Below are positions 45,724 through 58,050 of a DNA stretch of 64,000 nucleotides, in pieces (within the stretch, counting starts at the first letter, position 1; each line of letters opens with the position of its first letter). Both the position numbers and the translations under genes were made by a program. The notes beneath the pieces were generated by a model. That model had not been told where the DNA came from and did not search any database. It worked only from the letters and a program-made list of their open reading frames with translations. This DNA is from Solirubrobacterales bacterium (lineage in GTDB: Bacteria; Actinomycetota; Thermoleophilia; Solirubrobacterales; 70-9), in the NCBI GenBank assembly GCA_035551255.1, contig DASZNP010000063.1:2940-66939 (forward strand), written 5' to 3'.

Positions 45724-45859
45724 GACCTGTAGGGAGGAGTGGGTGCCCCTCTCGTCCCTGGGTTGCTGGCCTCTAAGAAACCCGTCTCTCGCTGAGTGGT
45801 CGGTGCCAGCAACAGGACGCCGGGCGCGAGAGGGACACCCACTCCTCCTAGCGACAGTC
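45724..45859. repeat. Long imperfect inverted repeat (rod-like hairpin of about 135 nt)
   Basis: Bases 45732-45754 pair with 45827-45849 over 23 bp, with one mismatch and one G-U. TTGCTGGC (45763-45770) pairs with GCCAGCAA (45805-45812). CTGT (45727-45730) pairs with ACAG (45854-45857). The apex is 34 nt. Confidence 0.6.
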
Positions 45860-45955
45860 TTCGAGACCCGCTTTTTCGCGAGACCCCGAGAAACCGCGTA
45901 TATCGCGGTTCTTCGCGGCGTCGTGAGCAGCTCGTCTGCCAGAGCGTGTTGCTGA

Positions 45956-46090
45956 GGGGTCCGGTCGTCCTCCGATCGAATGTTGGGGCGACATGCAATC
46001 TGATTCTGGGTCCTCCATAGGAGGACAGCATCATCGGGAGCCAGGCCCGTTAGGGCCGCGACAAATTCGAGCGGAGGATGACCGGACCCC
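45956..46090 (+). other. Candidate structured cis-regulatory RNA or MITE-like element upstream of metH
   Basis: GGGGTCCGGTCGTCCTCC (45956-45973) is complementary to GGAGGATGACCGGACCCC (46073-46090) over 18 bp with one G-U. Internal hairpins are GTCCTCC-ATA-GGAGGAC (46010-46026) and GGCCC-GTTA-GGGCC (46044-46057). The element ends 44 nt before the metH ATG. Confidence 0.55.
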
Positions 46091-46134
46091 TGTACAAGAG
46101 CGCTCAGTCCTGACCTCGGTACCCTCGTAGGTTC

Positions 46135-49720
<3,586 letters not shown>

Positions 49721-49731
<11 letters not shown>

Positions 49732-50581
49732 AACGCTCCGGCATCTCTGCCGGGTGCAGCGCCGGGCGCTGCCAGTTGCGCCCTTCGTAAGCCTCCTCGA
49801 AGCCAGCCCGCTGCAGGTTGCGGGTGATGGCCGACCAGGAGGCGAGATCGCATTCGCCGACCTCGACGAACACGGTGTGACATCCCGCCAGGTGAGCGTC
49901 GAGCAGCCGCCGGTGCAAGAGGGCCGCATTGCAGCCCTGCCCGCGAGCGTGCGCCAGGGTCTGCCCCGCACCAAGTTGCGCAACGCCATCGGCGATCAGC
50001 ATCGAGCCGGTCGCCACCGGGACCTCATCCGGACCCAGCGCCGCGGTGTAGCAGTGCCAACCGTCCTGCTGGGGCAGCGAGAAGAACAGCGTCCCCGCTA
50101 CCAGCGGCATCTCCAGGGCTTCAGCAGCGATCGTACTCAGCCCTTCGCCTTCAGCTTCGTCCTCCCCAAGCCGGTAGATGACGATGCCGGGATCAACGTC
50201 GAACTCCGGCGCCGATCCGTCGCGGACCAGTTTCACCCAGCCCGAGCCCTGCTCGTAGCCGCGCTCGTCCAGCCAAGCCTCTGCCTCCGCAGCGCCGGGT
50301 CGCCCGCAGGCGACCGGGATGCGGTAGTCGACTTCGCGGGCTCGCATCCATTCGACTGCCGCTGCCAGATGACCGTCGGCGACGGCGGTGGGCTCCGCCG
50401 CTCCCTGGATCTGCTGCAGCAGGTGGATTTCGGGCAGGTCGCCGAAGGCGGTGGCCTGCACCGGCCCGAACCTCTCCATTTCAACCCCTGATTCTGAAAC
50501 TGCTTCCGGAACTACCGAGTCCCACATGTCGCGCCGGAAGCGCTGCGCGACCCTCTCCAAAACTGCTGAGTCGTATCTCAC
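49721..50581 (-). CDS. GNAT-family N-acetyltransferase
   Basis: The C-terminal GNAT core is ARGQGCNAALLHRRLLDAHLAGCHTVFVEV ... NLQRAGFEE. I prefer the start at the GTG at 50581, preceded by GGAAGGGGAG; the track start at 50596 is a TTG. Confidence 0.75.
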
Positions 50582-50853
50582 GGCTCCCCTTCCCAAGTTC
50601 GCGTGAGTCGTATGGCCGATTGCTCGACTCTATGCACACCACTGTAGATTCGTCAAGGAACCTTGTTGATCTGACTAGGAAGTCACCCGGACCCACGCCT
50701 GGGGGCTTAGAAGGCGGGCCGGCGGCTCGGTCGGATGGAACCTGCGCCGGCCGCACGCCTCCCATGTGGCGGTGCCTGGCCTGGGATTGGTGGCGGCACG
50801 CCTTTCGCGCATCCTAGACCAATACACCGGAGTTTTTTGACCTTTTTAAGAAA

Positions 50854-53181
50854 CTAGGCGACGCCGCTGCGTTTGGCGCTGCCGGAGCGAGCGCGCGGGT
50901 GCGGTTCGAGGCGGACCGGCGCGGTCTGGACCGCCTGCACCCGCAGATCGCTCCAGGTGAGGCCCTCACGGACGAGCGCCGGCAAGCCGAGGGCCACTGC
51001 GGTGGCGATCTCGACCGCCTGCAGGATCACGCCGTAGGCGAGAGCGTCAGCGGTGCTGATCCCAAAACCGGTGTGGAGGACGCTGATCACCGCGAGCTGG
51101 AAGACGCCGATGTTGGAGGGCGTCGCCGGCACCACGGCGGTGACGTTGACCGCAAAGAGGACGGCGGCGGCAGCGCCGATCCCCGCCTGCCCGTTGAGCC
51201 CGAGCGCGTAGAGCAACGCCCAGCAGGCGCAGAGCTGGATCGCCCACGCTCCCAGCTGCGCGGCGGCGGCGGTCGAACCGCGCTTGGGGTCGCGGAAGAC
51301 GGTGAGCCCGGCTCGGACCTGGATCAGCGCCCGGTGGATGGCCGCCCCAATCCGGGCCATCCGGCCGTTGCCGTTGCGGCGCATGAACAACGGCGCGACC
51401 AGGACGACGAGGAGGATGATCAGCGGCAGCAGGCTGAAGGCGAAGATCTGCTTCGTCCCCGAGTGAAAGAGCGGCGTGGTCGAGACGATGATCACCCCGA
51501 GCAGGAACAGCGCGACGAGGTTCAGCATCGTCTGCGAGACCAAGGTCCCGAGCAGGACCGGGAACGTTTCCCGCATCCGCCCGCTGCGCCGCGCCAGGGT
51601 CAGCGCGCGGGCGGGCTCGCCGAGGCGGGCCGGCAGCGTCGCCGACATCAGCACCCCGATCATCGTCGCTGAGGTGACGTCGCGGCGCCGGATTGGGCGG
51701 TTCGGCAGGGCGGCGCGGGCGATCCAATACCAAGACGCCGCGCGGAAGAAGAGCGAGGTCGCCATCAGGGCGCAGGCGATCAGGACCCAGGTCAGGTTCG
51801 AGCGGACGATGCTTTCGACGACGTTGTCGATGCCGATCTTCTGCGCGGCAAGGAACGTGAGGCCGACTCCGAGCAGGCCGGCGACGCCGAGCGCGGCGCG
51901 CCTGGCGACGGCACGGCCCCGCTTGCCCGCCTGCGCCGGCACGGGATCAAGCGATGGCAGCCGCTCCGCCGGCCGCTTCGGGTTCCCGTCCGCAGGTCTG
52001 ATCCCCGCCCAGTGGGCGAATTTTTCCCCTGACGTCACCGGCTTCGGCGCCTCGATCGCGCGCTCGTAGACCTCCGTCACCTGGTCGGCGACCCGCGGCC
52101 AGGCGTAGCGCTGGGCGCTGCGGCGAGCGGCCGCTCCCATCTCGAGAAGGCGCTCGGGCTCGTGGTGGACCCGCTGCAGCTCCTCGGCGAGGCGCTGCGG
52201 GTCTCCCGGGGGGACCAGCAGCCCGTCGACCCCGTCGCTGACGACATCGCTGTAGCCGGCGATCGCGGAGGCGATGACCGGCGTGCCGGCCGCGAAGGCC
52301 TCGGTCAGCACCATCCCAAAGCTCTCCCCCGAGAGCGACGGCGCGCAGAGGACGTCGGCGCGGTGCAGCTCCTGCCAGAGGTCGGGGCCGGAAACGCGCC
52401 CGCGGACATCCATGAAGCGAAGCAAGTCGGGATCGGCGACGTAGCGGAGCACGTCCTCCCGTTCGGCACCGATCACGGTCAGCTTGCACGGCACGTGCTC
52501 GACCAGGGCGTTGAAGGCGGTGAGGAGGATCGGCAGGCCCTTGCGCTCCTCCGGTCGGCCGACGAAGAGGATCCGCAGCTCCTCGGAATGGGGCACCGGG
52601 TCGGTCGGCGCCGCCTCGACATCGACGCCGTTGGGGATGATCGTGTACTCGCCGCCGAACCAGCGACGCCCGGTCCAGGCAGCGGCCTCGGAGACGGCGA
52701 TGCGGGCCGAAAGGCGGTTGAAGAGCCGGCGGGCACCGACCGCGTTGGCGATGTAGTTGGGGATCGGCTTGGTCGCGTAGGCGTGGAAGGTGCCGACGAC
52801 CGGGTCGTGGGCGGCGAGGGTCGCGTTCCAGCCGACCAGCGGCACCAGCGGCTCGTGGACGTGGATGACGTCGAAGTCGCCGGCGCGGACGGCGCGGCGC
52901 GGGGCGACGACGCCGCCGGCCGGGAAGGGCGCGAGGTTGGAGACCGAGCCGTTGGCCCCGAACCCGGCCGTGCGACCGAGTGGGATCAGGTATTCAGGCA
53001 GCTCGCGTCGTTCCGCCTGCGCCCGGTGAAGAACGCGGCTGACCCGCCCGGGCGGGTCGACGGGAGCGAGGACGCGGACATCGTGGCCACGCCCGAGGAA
53101 CTCCTCGGCGAGAGCCTCAACGTGCCGGTTCACGCCTCCCTGGTAAGACCAGGAATATGGCGAGACGAGACCTATGCGCAC
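50854..53181 (-). CDS. Fusion protein: GT4 glycosyltransferase plus lysyl-PG-synthase-type (flippase-like, UPF0104) transmembrane domain
   Basis: 775 aa. The N-terminal ~380 aa form a GT-B/GT4 domain with the E-x7-E region GESFGMVLTEAFAAGTPVIAS. The C-terminal ~350 aa form about eight TM helices resembling the MprF-type TM domain. Confidence 0.85.
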   Translation of the reverse strand: MRIGLVSPYSWSYQGGVNRHVEALAEEFLGRGHDVRVLAPVDPPGRVSRVLHRAQAERRELPEYLIPLGRTAGFGANGSVSNLAPFPAGGVVAPRRAVRAGDFDVIHVHEPLVPLVGWNATLAAHDPVVGTFHAYATKPIPNYIANAVGARRLFNRLSARIAVSEAAAWTGRRWFGGEYTIIPNGVDVEAAPTDPVPHSEELRILFVGRPEERKGLPILLTAFNALVEHVPCKLTVIGAEREDVLRYVADPDLLRFMDVRGRVSGPDLWQELHRADVLCAPSLSGESFGMVLTEAFAAGTPVIASAIAGYSDVVSDGVDGLLVPPGDPQRLAEELQRVHHEPERLLEMGAAARRSAQRYAWPRVADQVTEVYERAIEAPKPVTSGEKFAHWAGIRPADGNPKRPAERLPSLDPVPAQAGKRGRAVARRAALGVAGLLGVGLTFLAAQKIGIDNVVESIVRSNLTWVLIACALMATSLFFRAASWYWIARAALPNRPIRRRDVTSATMIGVLMSATLPARLGEPARALTLARRSGRMRETFPVLLGTLVSQTMLNLVALFLLGVIIVSTTPLFHSGTKQIFAFSLLPLIILLVVLVAPLFMRRNGNGRMARIGAAIHRALIQVRAGLTVFRDPKRGSTAAAAQLGAWAIQLCACWALLYALGLNGQAGIGAAAAVLFAVNVTAVVPATPSNIGVFQLAVISVLHTGFGISTADALAYGVILQAVEIATAVALGLPALVREGLTWSDLRVQAVQTAPVRLEPHPRARSGSAKRSGVA

Positions 53182-53201
53182 GGGTGATCAAGAGTAGATC
53201 A

Positions 53202-54974
53202 TCAGTCGGCAGGCGCACGAGTCCTGCCGGCGCTTTCAGCCCAGGCGAAGCCGGTGAACACGAGTAGGTAGGCGGCGCCGATCTCGAGCAGGAGGGCGCC
53301 TGAGTCGTTGGCGAGGGTGCCGATCACGGTGGCGGCCGTCGCGCCGAGGAGGCCGGCGCGCATTGCCGACTTCCCCTCCAGCCAGGCTCGCAAGGTGTCT
53401 AACCGCAGATAAGCGACCACGACTACGGCCACGACTACAGGCAGGAACGCGAGCAGGACCGGCCGACTGAAGCTGTGGGCGGAAAGCTGAAGGCGGCGCT
53501 GGGCGACGTCGCCGAGGCTGCCCAGACCACCGGCGTCGAGCACCGAGCGGGTCAGGTGGGCGTTGGCACCGCTGGCCAGGTCGATCAGCGCCAGTAGAGC
53601 GAGGACGGCGACCGGGACGGCGACCGCCGCGAGCAAGCCGAGGCGCCGCCCCCGGCCGGCGACGACGACCGCGGCGACCACGGCGCCCACCGGGAAGACG
53701 ATTGCGGCGCCGACGTCCGCCCCGAACCGTCCGGCCGCGAAGACGAAGGCAGCGAGCAAGCCCATCGTCACGAAGGTGGCCGCCCCGGCGCGCGCCGAGA
53801 CCCCTCTTGCGAACCCGGTCAACGCCGCGCCGATGCCCGCGACCACCAGCACCGCCAGCAGCGCCTCGAGCTCGTTGCCGATCCCGTAGAAGCGCACCCC
53901 GAGTCCCGGGTTCGGCCCGAGCAAGGAGAGCGAGGTGAGCGGCGAGCCGGCGATCACGTCGACGGCGTAGGCAAGGACCGTCAGCGCCGCGGCGACAGCC
54001 AGGGCGCGATAGCCACGCAGGAGCAGCAGCGTCAGTCCTGCCAAGAACGGCGACAGCAAGAGCACCAGCAACCGTTCAGCGGTCTCCCCCGGTTCAAGCG
54101 CGGCACCCAGCAGGAGGACAAGCGGCAGGTAGACGATCGCGAGACCGGCTACCTTCACCGCCGGCCGCGCCAAGCGGCCGCGGCTGAGAAGCGCGACGAG
54201 GAGCAGGACGACCAGCCAAATGACGATGTTGATACCGATCACCGCACCCCGCCGCGAGGAGATCACGTCCATGCGATCGACCAGCGATTCGATCGCCGCC
54301 GAATCGACGGCGCCCTCGGCGCGAATCGGCTGTCCCGACATCGCGCTCGGCACGGGGATCCCGAAGTGCCGCAGGATCGTCGGCGCGACATCGGTCGAAA
54401 GCACGTACCCGTCGGTGCGGGTGCTGTCCGAAGTGAGGTTGCCGTGGAAGCCGTTGCCGATGATCCCGATCGGAACCGGTTCGTCCGACTTCCCGGTCGG
54501 CCAGGTGACCGCGATCAGGAGCTGGTAGCTCCCCCGCGGCGGCAGGCGGTCGAGAGAGGTCCGGGTGATTTCGGCGAACTCTTCGCGGACGTGGTTTTCC
54601 CGCAGCGTCTTCTTCAGGAGAAAAGGTTCGATTTCGGCAGGGGCGGATTCAGCCCGTTCCACCACTTCCAGCAGCCAGCTCACATCGTTCCTGTGCTTTG
54701 GCAGGGGGCGGTCATAGAGGGAGTCGAAGACCCGGTTGCCCTGGCCGACGTCGAGGTACGTCTGCAGCGGCGGGACGGTGCCGAGCCCGGCGCTCATCAC
54801 CCCCGGCGAGAAACCGGCGTGCGCCAGCTGGGCGACGGTGGTGTCGCTCGGCAGCCAGGCCAGCACCACTTGCTTCTCCTTGGCGGCAGCGGCCGCCGGC
54901 GTGGCCAGGAACAGGGCGAGCGCTATCGTCACCCCGATGGCCGACCGCACTTTCGCCAAGTTCAGCTTCTTCAA
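53202..54974 (-). CDS. Membrane protein: N-terminal alkaline-phosphatase-superfamily-like ectodomain plus about 11 TM helices
   Basis: STDVAPTILRHFGIPVPSAMSGQPI resembles the C-terminal motif of sulfatase/LtaS/PEtN-transferase-type domains. The start is uncertain (55025, 54974 or 54950). All three candidates overlap the divergent hemQ start. Confidence 0.65.
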   Translation of the reverse strand: MKKLNLAKVRSAIGVTIALALFLATPAAAAAKEKQVVLAWLPSDTTVAQLAHAGFSPGVMSAGLGTVPPLQTYLDVGQGNRVFDSLYDRPLPKHRNDVSWLLEVVERAESAPAEIEPFLLKKTLRENHVREEFAEITRTSLDRLPPRGSYQLLIAVTWPTGKSDEPVPIGIIGNGFHGNLTSDSTRTDGYVLSTDVAPTILRHFGIPVPSAMSGQPIRAEGAVDSAAIESLVDRMDVISSRRGAVIGINIVIWLVVLLLVALLSRGRLARPAVKVAGLAIVYLPLVLLLGAALEPGETAERLLVLLLSPFLAGLTLLLLRGYRALAVAAALTVLAYAVDVIAGSPLTSLSLLGPNPGLGVRFYGIGNELEALLAVLVVAGIGAALTGFARGVSARAGAATFVTMGLLAAFVFAAGRFGADVGAAIVFPVGAVVAAVVVAGRGRRLGLLAAVAVPVAVLALLALIDLASGANAHLTRSVLDAGGLGSLGDVAQRRLQLSAHSFSRPVLLAFLPVVVAVVVVAYLRLDTLRAWLEGKSAMRAGLLGATAATVIGTLANDSGALLLEIGAAYLLVFTGFAWAESAGRTRAPAD

Positions 54975-55644
54975 GATCGATCCCGCCTGGCGCCGTCGCG
55001 ACGCCGAGCTTCGCGCGGCCGACAAGGGGGAGTTCCTCGCTGCCTGCGAGGACTTCGCCGTTGACCGTTCGCTGCGCGCCTACTCAACCATAGGAACGCG
55101 CGGCGACGTCGACCTGGTGCTGCTGACGCAGAGCCCGAACCTCAACGACATCCACACCTTCCACGTCGTCCTCGGCCAGAGCGGGCTGGCGAAATGGACG
55201 ACTACGCCCCATTCGTTCCTCTCGATGACCAAACGCTCGCCCTACTCGGCCGAGGACGCGCGCCCGGAGATCTGCACCAGCGAACGCAAGTACCTCTTCC
55301 TCTACCCGATGGTCAAGCAGCGTCGCTGGTACGGGCTGCCGCCGGAGGAGCGCGGCCGGATCATGAAAAGCCACATCGAGGTCGGCCGCCGCTACCCGGA
55401 GATCACGATCAACACGACCTACTCCTACGGCCTCGACGACCAGGAGTTCGTCGTCTGCTTCGAGGGCGACGACCCGGGCGAGTTCCTCGACCTCGTCAAC
55501 GAGCTGCGCCCGACCGAGTCGAGCGAGTACACCGAGCGCGAGACGCCGATCTTCACCTGCGTGGCGATGTCGGTCGGGAAGGCGCTCGACGCCCTCGACG
55601 GGACGCCCAGCGCAGTGGCCACCAGCGCCCCAGCGCTCGGCTGA
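54937..55644 (+). CDS. hemQ: Chlorite-dismutase-family coproheme decarboxylase (HemQ/ChdC)
   Basis: Only the 3' 235 codons of track ORF 54736-55644 are coding, with the start at the ATG at 54937 (MADRTFAKFSFFKIDPAWRR). Further family-like segments are YLFLYPMVKQRRWY and EFVVCFEGDDPGEFLDLV. Confidence 0.85.
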   Translation: MADRTFAKFSFFKIDPAWRRRDAELRAADKGEFLAACEDFAVDRSLRAYSTIGTRGDVDLVLLTQSPNLNDIHTFHVVLGQSGLAKWTTTPHSFLSMTKRSPYSAEDARPEICTSERKYLFLYPMVKQRRWYGLPPEERGRIMKSHIEVGRRYPEITINTTYSYGLDDQEFVVCFEGDDPGEFLDLVNELRPTESSEYTERETPIFTCVAMSVGKALDALDGTPSAVATSAPALG

Positions 55645-55675
55645 CGACCGTCTTTCCCTATTCTTTCGCGCTCCA

Positions 55676-57082
55676 ATGAGCAAGATCGGAACCGAAGAGA
55701 CCCCCCTGCGCGTCGCCATCGTCGGCGCCGGCCCCAGCGGCTTCTACGCCGCCGAGCACATCCTCAAGGACGGCGACCTGCACGCCCAGGTCGACCTCTT
55801 CGACCGCCTGCCGACGCCCTTCGGGCTGGTGCGAGGCGGCGTTGCCCCGGACCATCCGAAGATCAAGTCGGTGATCCGGATCTACGAGAAAACCGCCGCT
55901 CGCGAGGGCTTCCGCTTCTTCGGCAATGTCAAGATCGGCCACGACATCGAGGTCGAAGAGCTCGAGAAGCTCTACCACGCGATCGTCTTCACGGTCGGCT
56001 GTGAGACCGACCGCCAGCTTGGGATCCCGGGCGAGGACTTGCCCGGCAGCCACGCCGCCACCGCCTTCGTCGGCTGGTACAACGCCCACCCGGACTACGC
56101 CAACCGGGAGTTCGACCTCTCCTGCGAGCGCGCCGTCGTGATCGGCAACGGCAACGTGGCGATGGACGTCGCCCGGATGCTGGCCCTGACCGACCACGAG
56201 CTGCGCCAGACCGACACCGCCGACCACGCGATCGAGGCGCTCGACGCCAAGCAGATCCGCGAGATCGTCGTCCTCGGCCGCCGCGGCCCGGCCCAGGCGG
56301 CCTTCACCAATCCGGAGATCAAAGAGCTCGGGGAGATGGAGGACGCCGACGTCGTCGTCGACCCGCAGGAGATGGAGCTCGACCCGGCCAGCCAGGCCTT
56401 CCTCGAGTCCGACGAGGTTGACAAGACGACCCGGGTCAACGTCGAAACGCTGAAGGAGTTCTCCGAGCGCGAGCCGGAGGGCAAGAAGCAGCGGATCGTC
56501 CTCCGCTTCCTCGCCTCGCCGGTCGAGATCAAGGGCGATGGCAAAGTCGAATCGATCGTGATCGGCCGCAACGAGCTGGTCGAGGAAGGCGGCTCGCTGC
56601 GCGCTAAAGACACCGGCGAGCGGGAAGAGCTCGAGTGCGGCCTGGTGCTGCGCTCGGTCGGCTACACGGGCATCCCGATCGAGGGCGTCCCCTTTGACGA
56701 GAAGCGCGGCCTGATCCTCAACGAGGGCGGTCGCATCCTCGACTCCCACGACTCCGGCCACAAGGTCGGCCACTACACCGCCGGCTGGATCAAGCGCGGT
56801 CCCTCCGGCGTGATTGGGACCAACAAGAAAGACGCGCTGGAGACGGTCCAGCACCTCCTCGCTGACGTCGAGGAGCAGAAGCTGCTGAGCCCGGAGAAAC
56901 CGGAGCCGAACGCGGTCGAGGACCTGCTGCGCGAGCGCAGCGTCCGCTACGTCAGCTTCGAGGACTGGCAGGCGATCGACCAGGCCGAGGTCGGCCGGGG
57001 CGAGCCGCACGGCCGCCCGCGAGTCAAGTTCGTCCGGGTCGAGGAGATGCTCGAGACCCTCGGCGAGCCCGCCGCGAGCTAG
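55676..57082 (+). CDS. fprA: FprA-type ferredoxin/adrenodoxin-NADP+ reductase
   Basis: 468 aa. The FAD motif is VAIVGAGPSGFYAA and the NADP motif is VVIGNGNVAMDVAR. GWIKRGPSGVIGTNK is typical of FprA/AdR. Confidence 0.85.
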   Translation: MSKIGTEETPLRVAIVGAGPSGFYAAEHILKDGDLHAQVDLFDRLPTPFGLVRGGVAPDHPKIKSVIRIYEKTAAREGFRFFGNVKIGHDIEVEELEKLYHAIVFTVGCETDRQLGIPGEDLPGSHAATAFVGWYNAHPDYANREFDLSCERAVVIGNGNVAMDVARMLALTDHELRQTDTADHAIEALDAKQIREIVVLGRRGPAQAAFTNPEIKELGEMEDADVVVDPQEMELDPASQAFLESDEVDKTTRVNVETLKEFSEREPEGKKQRIVLRFLASPVEIKGDGKVESIVIGRNELVEEGGSLRAKDTGEREELECGLVLRSVGYTGIPIEGVPFDEKRGLILNEGGRILDSHDSGHKVGHYTAGWIKRGPSGVIGTNKKDALETVQHLLADVEEQKLLSPEKPEPNAVEDLLRERSVRYVSFEDWQAIDQAEVGRGEPHGRPRVKFVRVEEMLETLGEPAAS

Positions 57083-57318
57083 TGCCCGCCGACCTCGCCG
57101 AGCTGAAGGGGATGATCGAGGCGGCGCTGCCCGGCGCCGAGGCCGAGGTGAGCGATGAAACCGGCACCGGCGACCACATCCGCGCCAGCGTCGTCGCCCC
57201 CCAGTTCGAGGGCCTCTCCCGGATCGACCAGCACCGCCTGGTCAAGGCCGCGGTCAAAGAGCGCTTCGACGACGGCACCATCCACGCGCTCTCGGTCAAG
57301 ACCAGCCCCCCAGGCTGA
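57082..57318 (+). CDS. BolA-family protein
   Basis: 78 aa (DHIRASVVAPQFEGLSRIDQHRLV ... IHALSVKT). The GTG start overlaps the fprA stop. Confidence 0.85.
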   Translation: MPADLAELKGMIEAALPGAEAEVSDETGTGDHIRASVVAPQFEGLSRIDQHRLVKAAVKERFDDGTIHALSVKTSPPG

Positions 57319-57401
57319 AGTCAAACTTCCGCGCGTTTCCTGCGACAAAATGTTACATTGACGCGCGCCACACGCGCGACCTTTCCCTCTACGCTGGAGC
57401 A

Positions 57402-57605
57402 ATGGAGGCAATGAGATCAACTTGGACCGATTCGCGGCTTGACGACCTGAACAACCGAGTCGGTGAGCTCAGCGGCCGGATCAATGAAATGGGCGGCCGC
57501 ATCGACAGCCTGCAGCACACCATCCTGATCGTAGGAGGCGGGATTTTCGCGGCCTTCGTCGGCGTCCTTGCGGCGATCATCGGGTTGATCGCCACCCAGC
57601 TCTAG
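57402..57605 (+). CDS. Small coiled-coil, C-terminally membrane-anchored protein (paralogue of 43891-44106)
   Basis: 67 aa (MEAMRSTWTDSRLDDL ... ILIVGGGIFAAFVGVLAAIIGLIATQL). TACGCT lies 6 nt upstream of the ATG. Confidence 0.6.
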   Translation: MEAMRSTWTDSRLDDLNNRVGELSGRINEMGGRIDSLQHTILIVGGGIFAAFVGVLAAIIGLIATQL

Positions 57606-57635
57606 CCGAACCACCCACCTCCCTACAATGCCCCC

Positions 57636-58019
57636 ATGGCCGACCCAGAGCTGAAAAGCAAAATCGAAGAACTGATCGCAGCCAACCCGGTCCTGTTGTT
57701 CATGAAAGGGACCCCGGACATGCCGCGCTGTGGGTTCTCGATGCGCGTCGTTCAGGTGCTGGACCAGGTCGACGTCGACTACGGCGCGATCGACGTCCTC
57801 CCCGCGCTGCAGCCACTGCGCGAGGTGACCGCGGAGATCTCCGACTGGCAGACCTTCCCCCAGCTCTACGTCAACGGCGAGCTACTCGGCGGCTGCGACA
57901 TTATCGAGGAGATGTTCGAGTCCGGCGAGCTAGCCGAGGCCCTCGGCGTCGAGCAACCCGAGAACACCAAAGTGCCGCAACAGGCACCAGCGCAATCGCC
58001 ACCGCTGCAGATCGAATAG
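57636..58019 (+). CDS. grxD: Monothiol glutaredoxin (Grx4/GrxD family)
   Basis: 127 aa with the CGFS active site (MPRCGFSMRV) and WQTFPQLYVNGELLGGCDI. Confidence 0.9.
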   Translation: MADPELKSKIEELIAANPVLLFMKGTPDMPRCGFSMRVVQVLDQVDVDYGAIDVLPALQPLREVTAEISDWQTFPQLYVNGELLGGCDIIEEMFESGELAEALGVEQPENTKVPQQAPAQSPPLQIE

Positions 58020-58050
58020 TCCGCCGAACGGGCGCGAAAACCAAGCAGAT

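Noticed and set aside
46040-46134. Possible known riboswitch (cobalamin, SAH, SAM-I/IV) upstream of metH
   Set aside because: I looked by eye for a B12 box (AGYCMGGAGACC-like), the SAH core (AGGCUC ... AACGGCGCUCA) and SAM-I/IV junction sequences. I found only weak partial resemblances (GAGCCAGGCCCG, CAAGAGCGCTCAG). A cmscan is needed for a definitive answer.
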